Source: Vicugna vicugna
Taxonomy: Eukaryota
Length of the DNA stretch: 64,000 bases
Direction: 5' to 3'
Assembly (NCBI GenBank): GCA_013265495.1
Contig: MU060007.1
Location: 12,006,243-12,070,242, forward strand
The notes beneath the pieces were generated by a model. That model ran no database searches. It was not told the DNA's origin and was given only the letters and a program-made list of their open reading frames with translations. Numbering within the stretch: position 1 is the first letter of the stretch; each line of letters opens with the position of its first letter. Made by a program: the position numbers and the translations under genes. Below are positions 63,901 to 64,000 of the stretch, one piece after another.

Positions 63901-64000
63901 TTTAGCTGTGCTGGTTATGTAAGTGAACATGGGCCTGAAAGTCGGGAGCCCTGGCTGTGCACTAGCGATCCTGGCAGCACCACCGCCATGCGGTATCTGG

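Overview
Mammalian genomic DNA, almost certainly from a camelid, judged by five copies of a tRNA-Ala-derived SINE matching the camelid vic-1 family as I recall it. The window holds the 3' end of arylsulfatase B (ARSB) on the + strand. About 47 kb of the long penultimate intron (human intron 6) is followed by the penultimate coding exon (47108-47230), a 773-bp intron, the terminal coding exon (48004-48269, TAG stop), the 3' UTR and about 13 kb of downstream non-coding DNA. Everything else I can recognise is interspersed repeat: L1 of several ages, SINE, MIR, L2, MaLR and ERV1 solo LTRs, hAT and Tigger MITEs, and a U6 snRNA retrocopy. There are four short N gaps. Apart from L1 ORF2 remnants, the other ORFs in the track look like chance ORFs. 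I found no convincing undescribed gene system. The most notable observations are unusual L1-mediated insertions, which cluster at 24.3-28.6 kb: two inverted (twin-primed) L1s, two 25-43 bp micro-insertions with 15-16 bp target-site duplications, and a TSD-flanked L1 lacking its 3' terminus. There are also a few candidate structural or regulatory elements. Repeat family names come from recalled consensus sequences, not from a database search.
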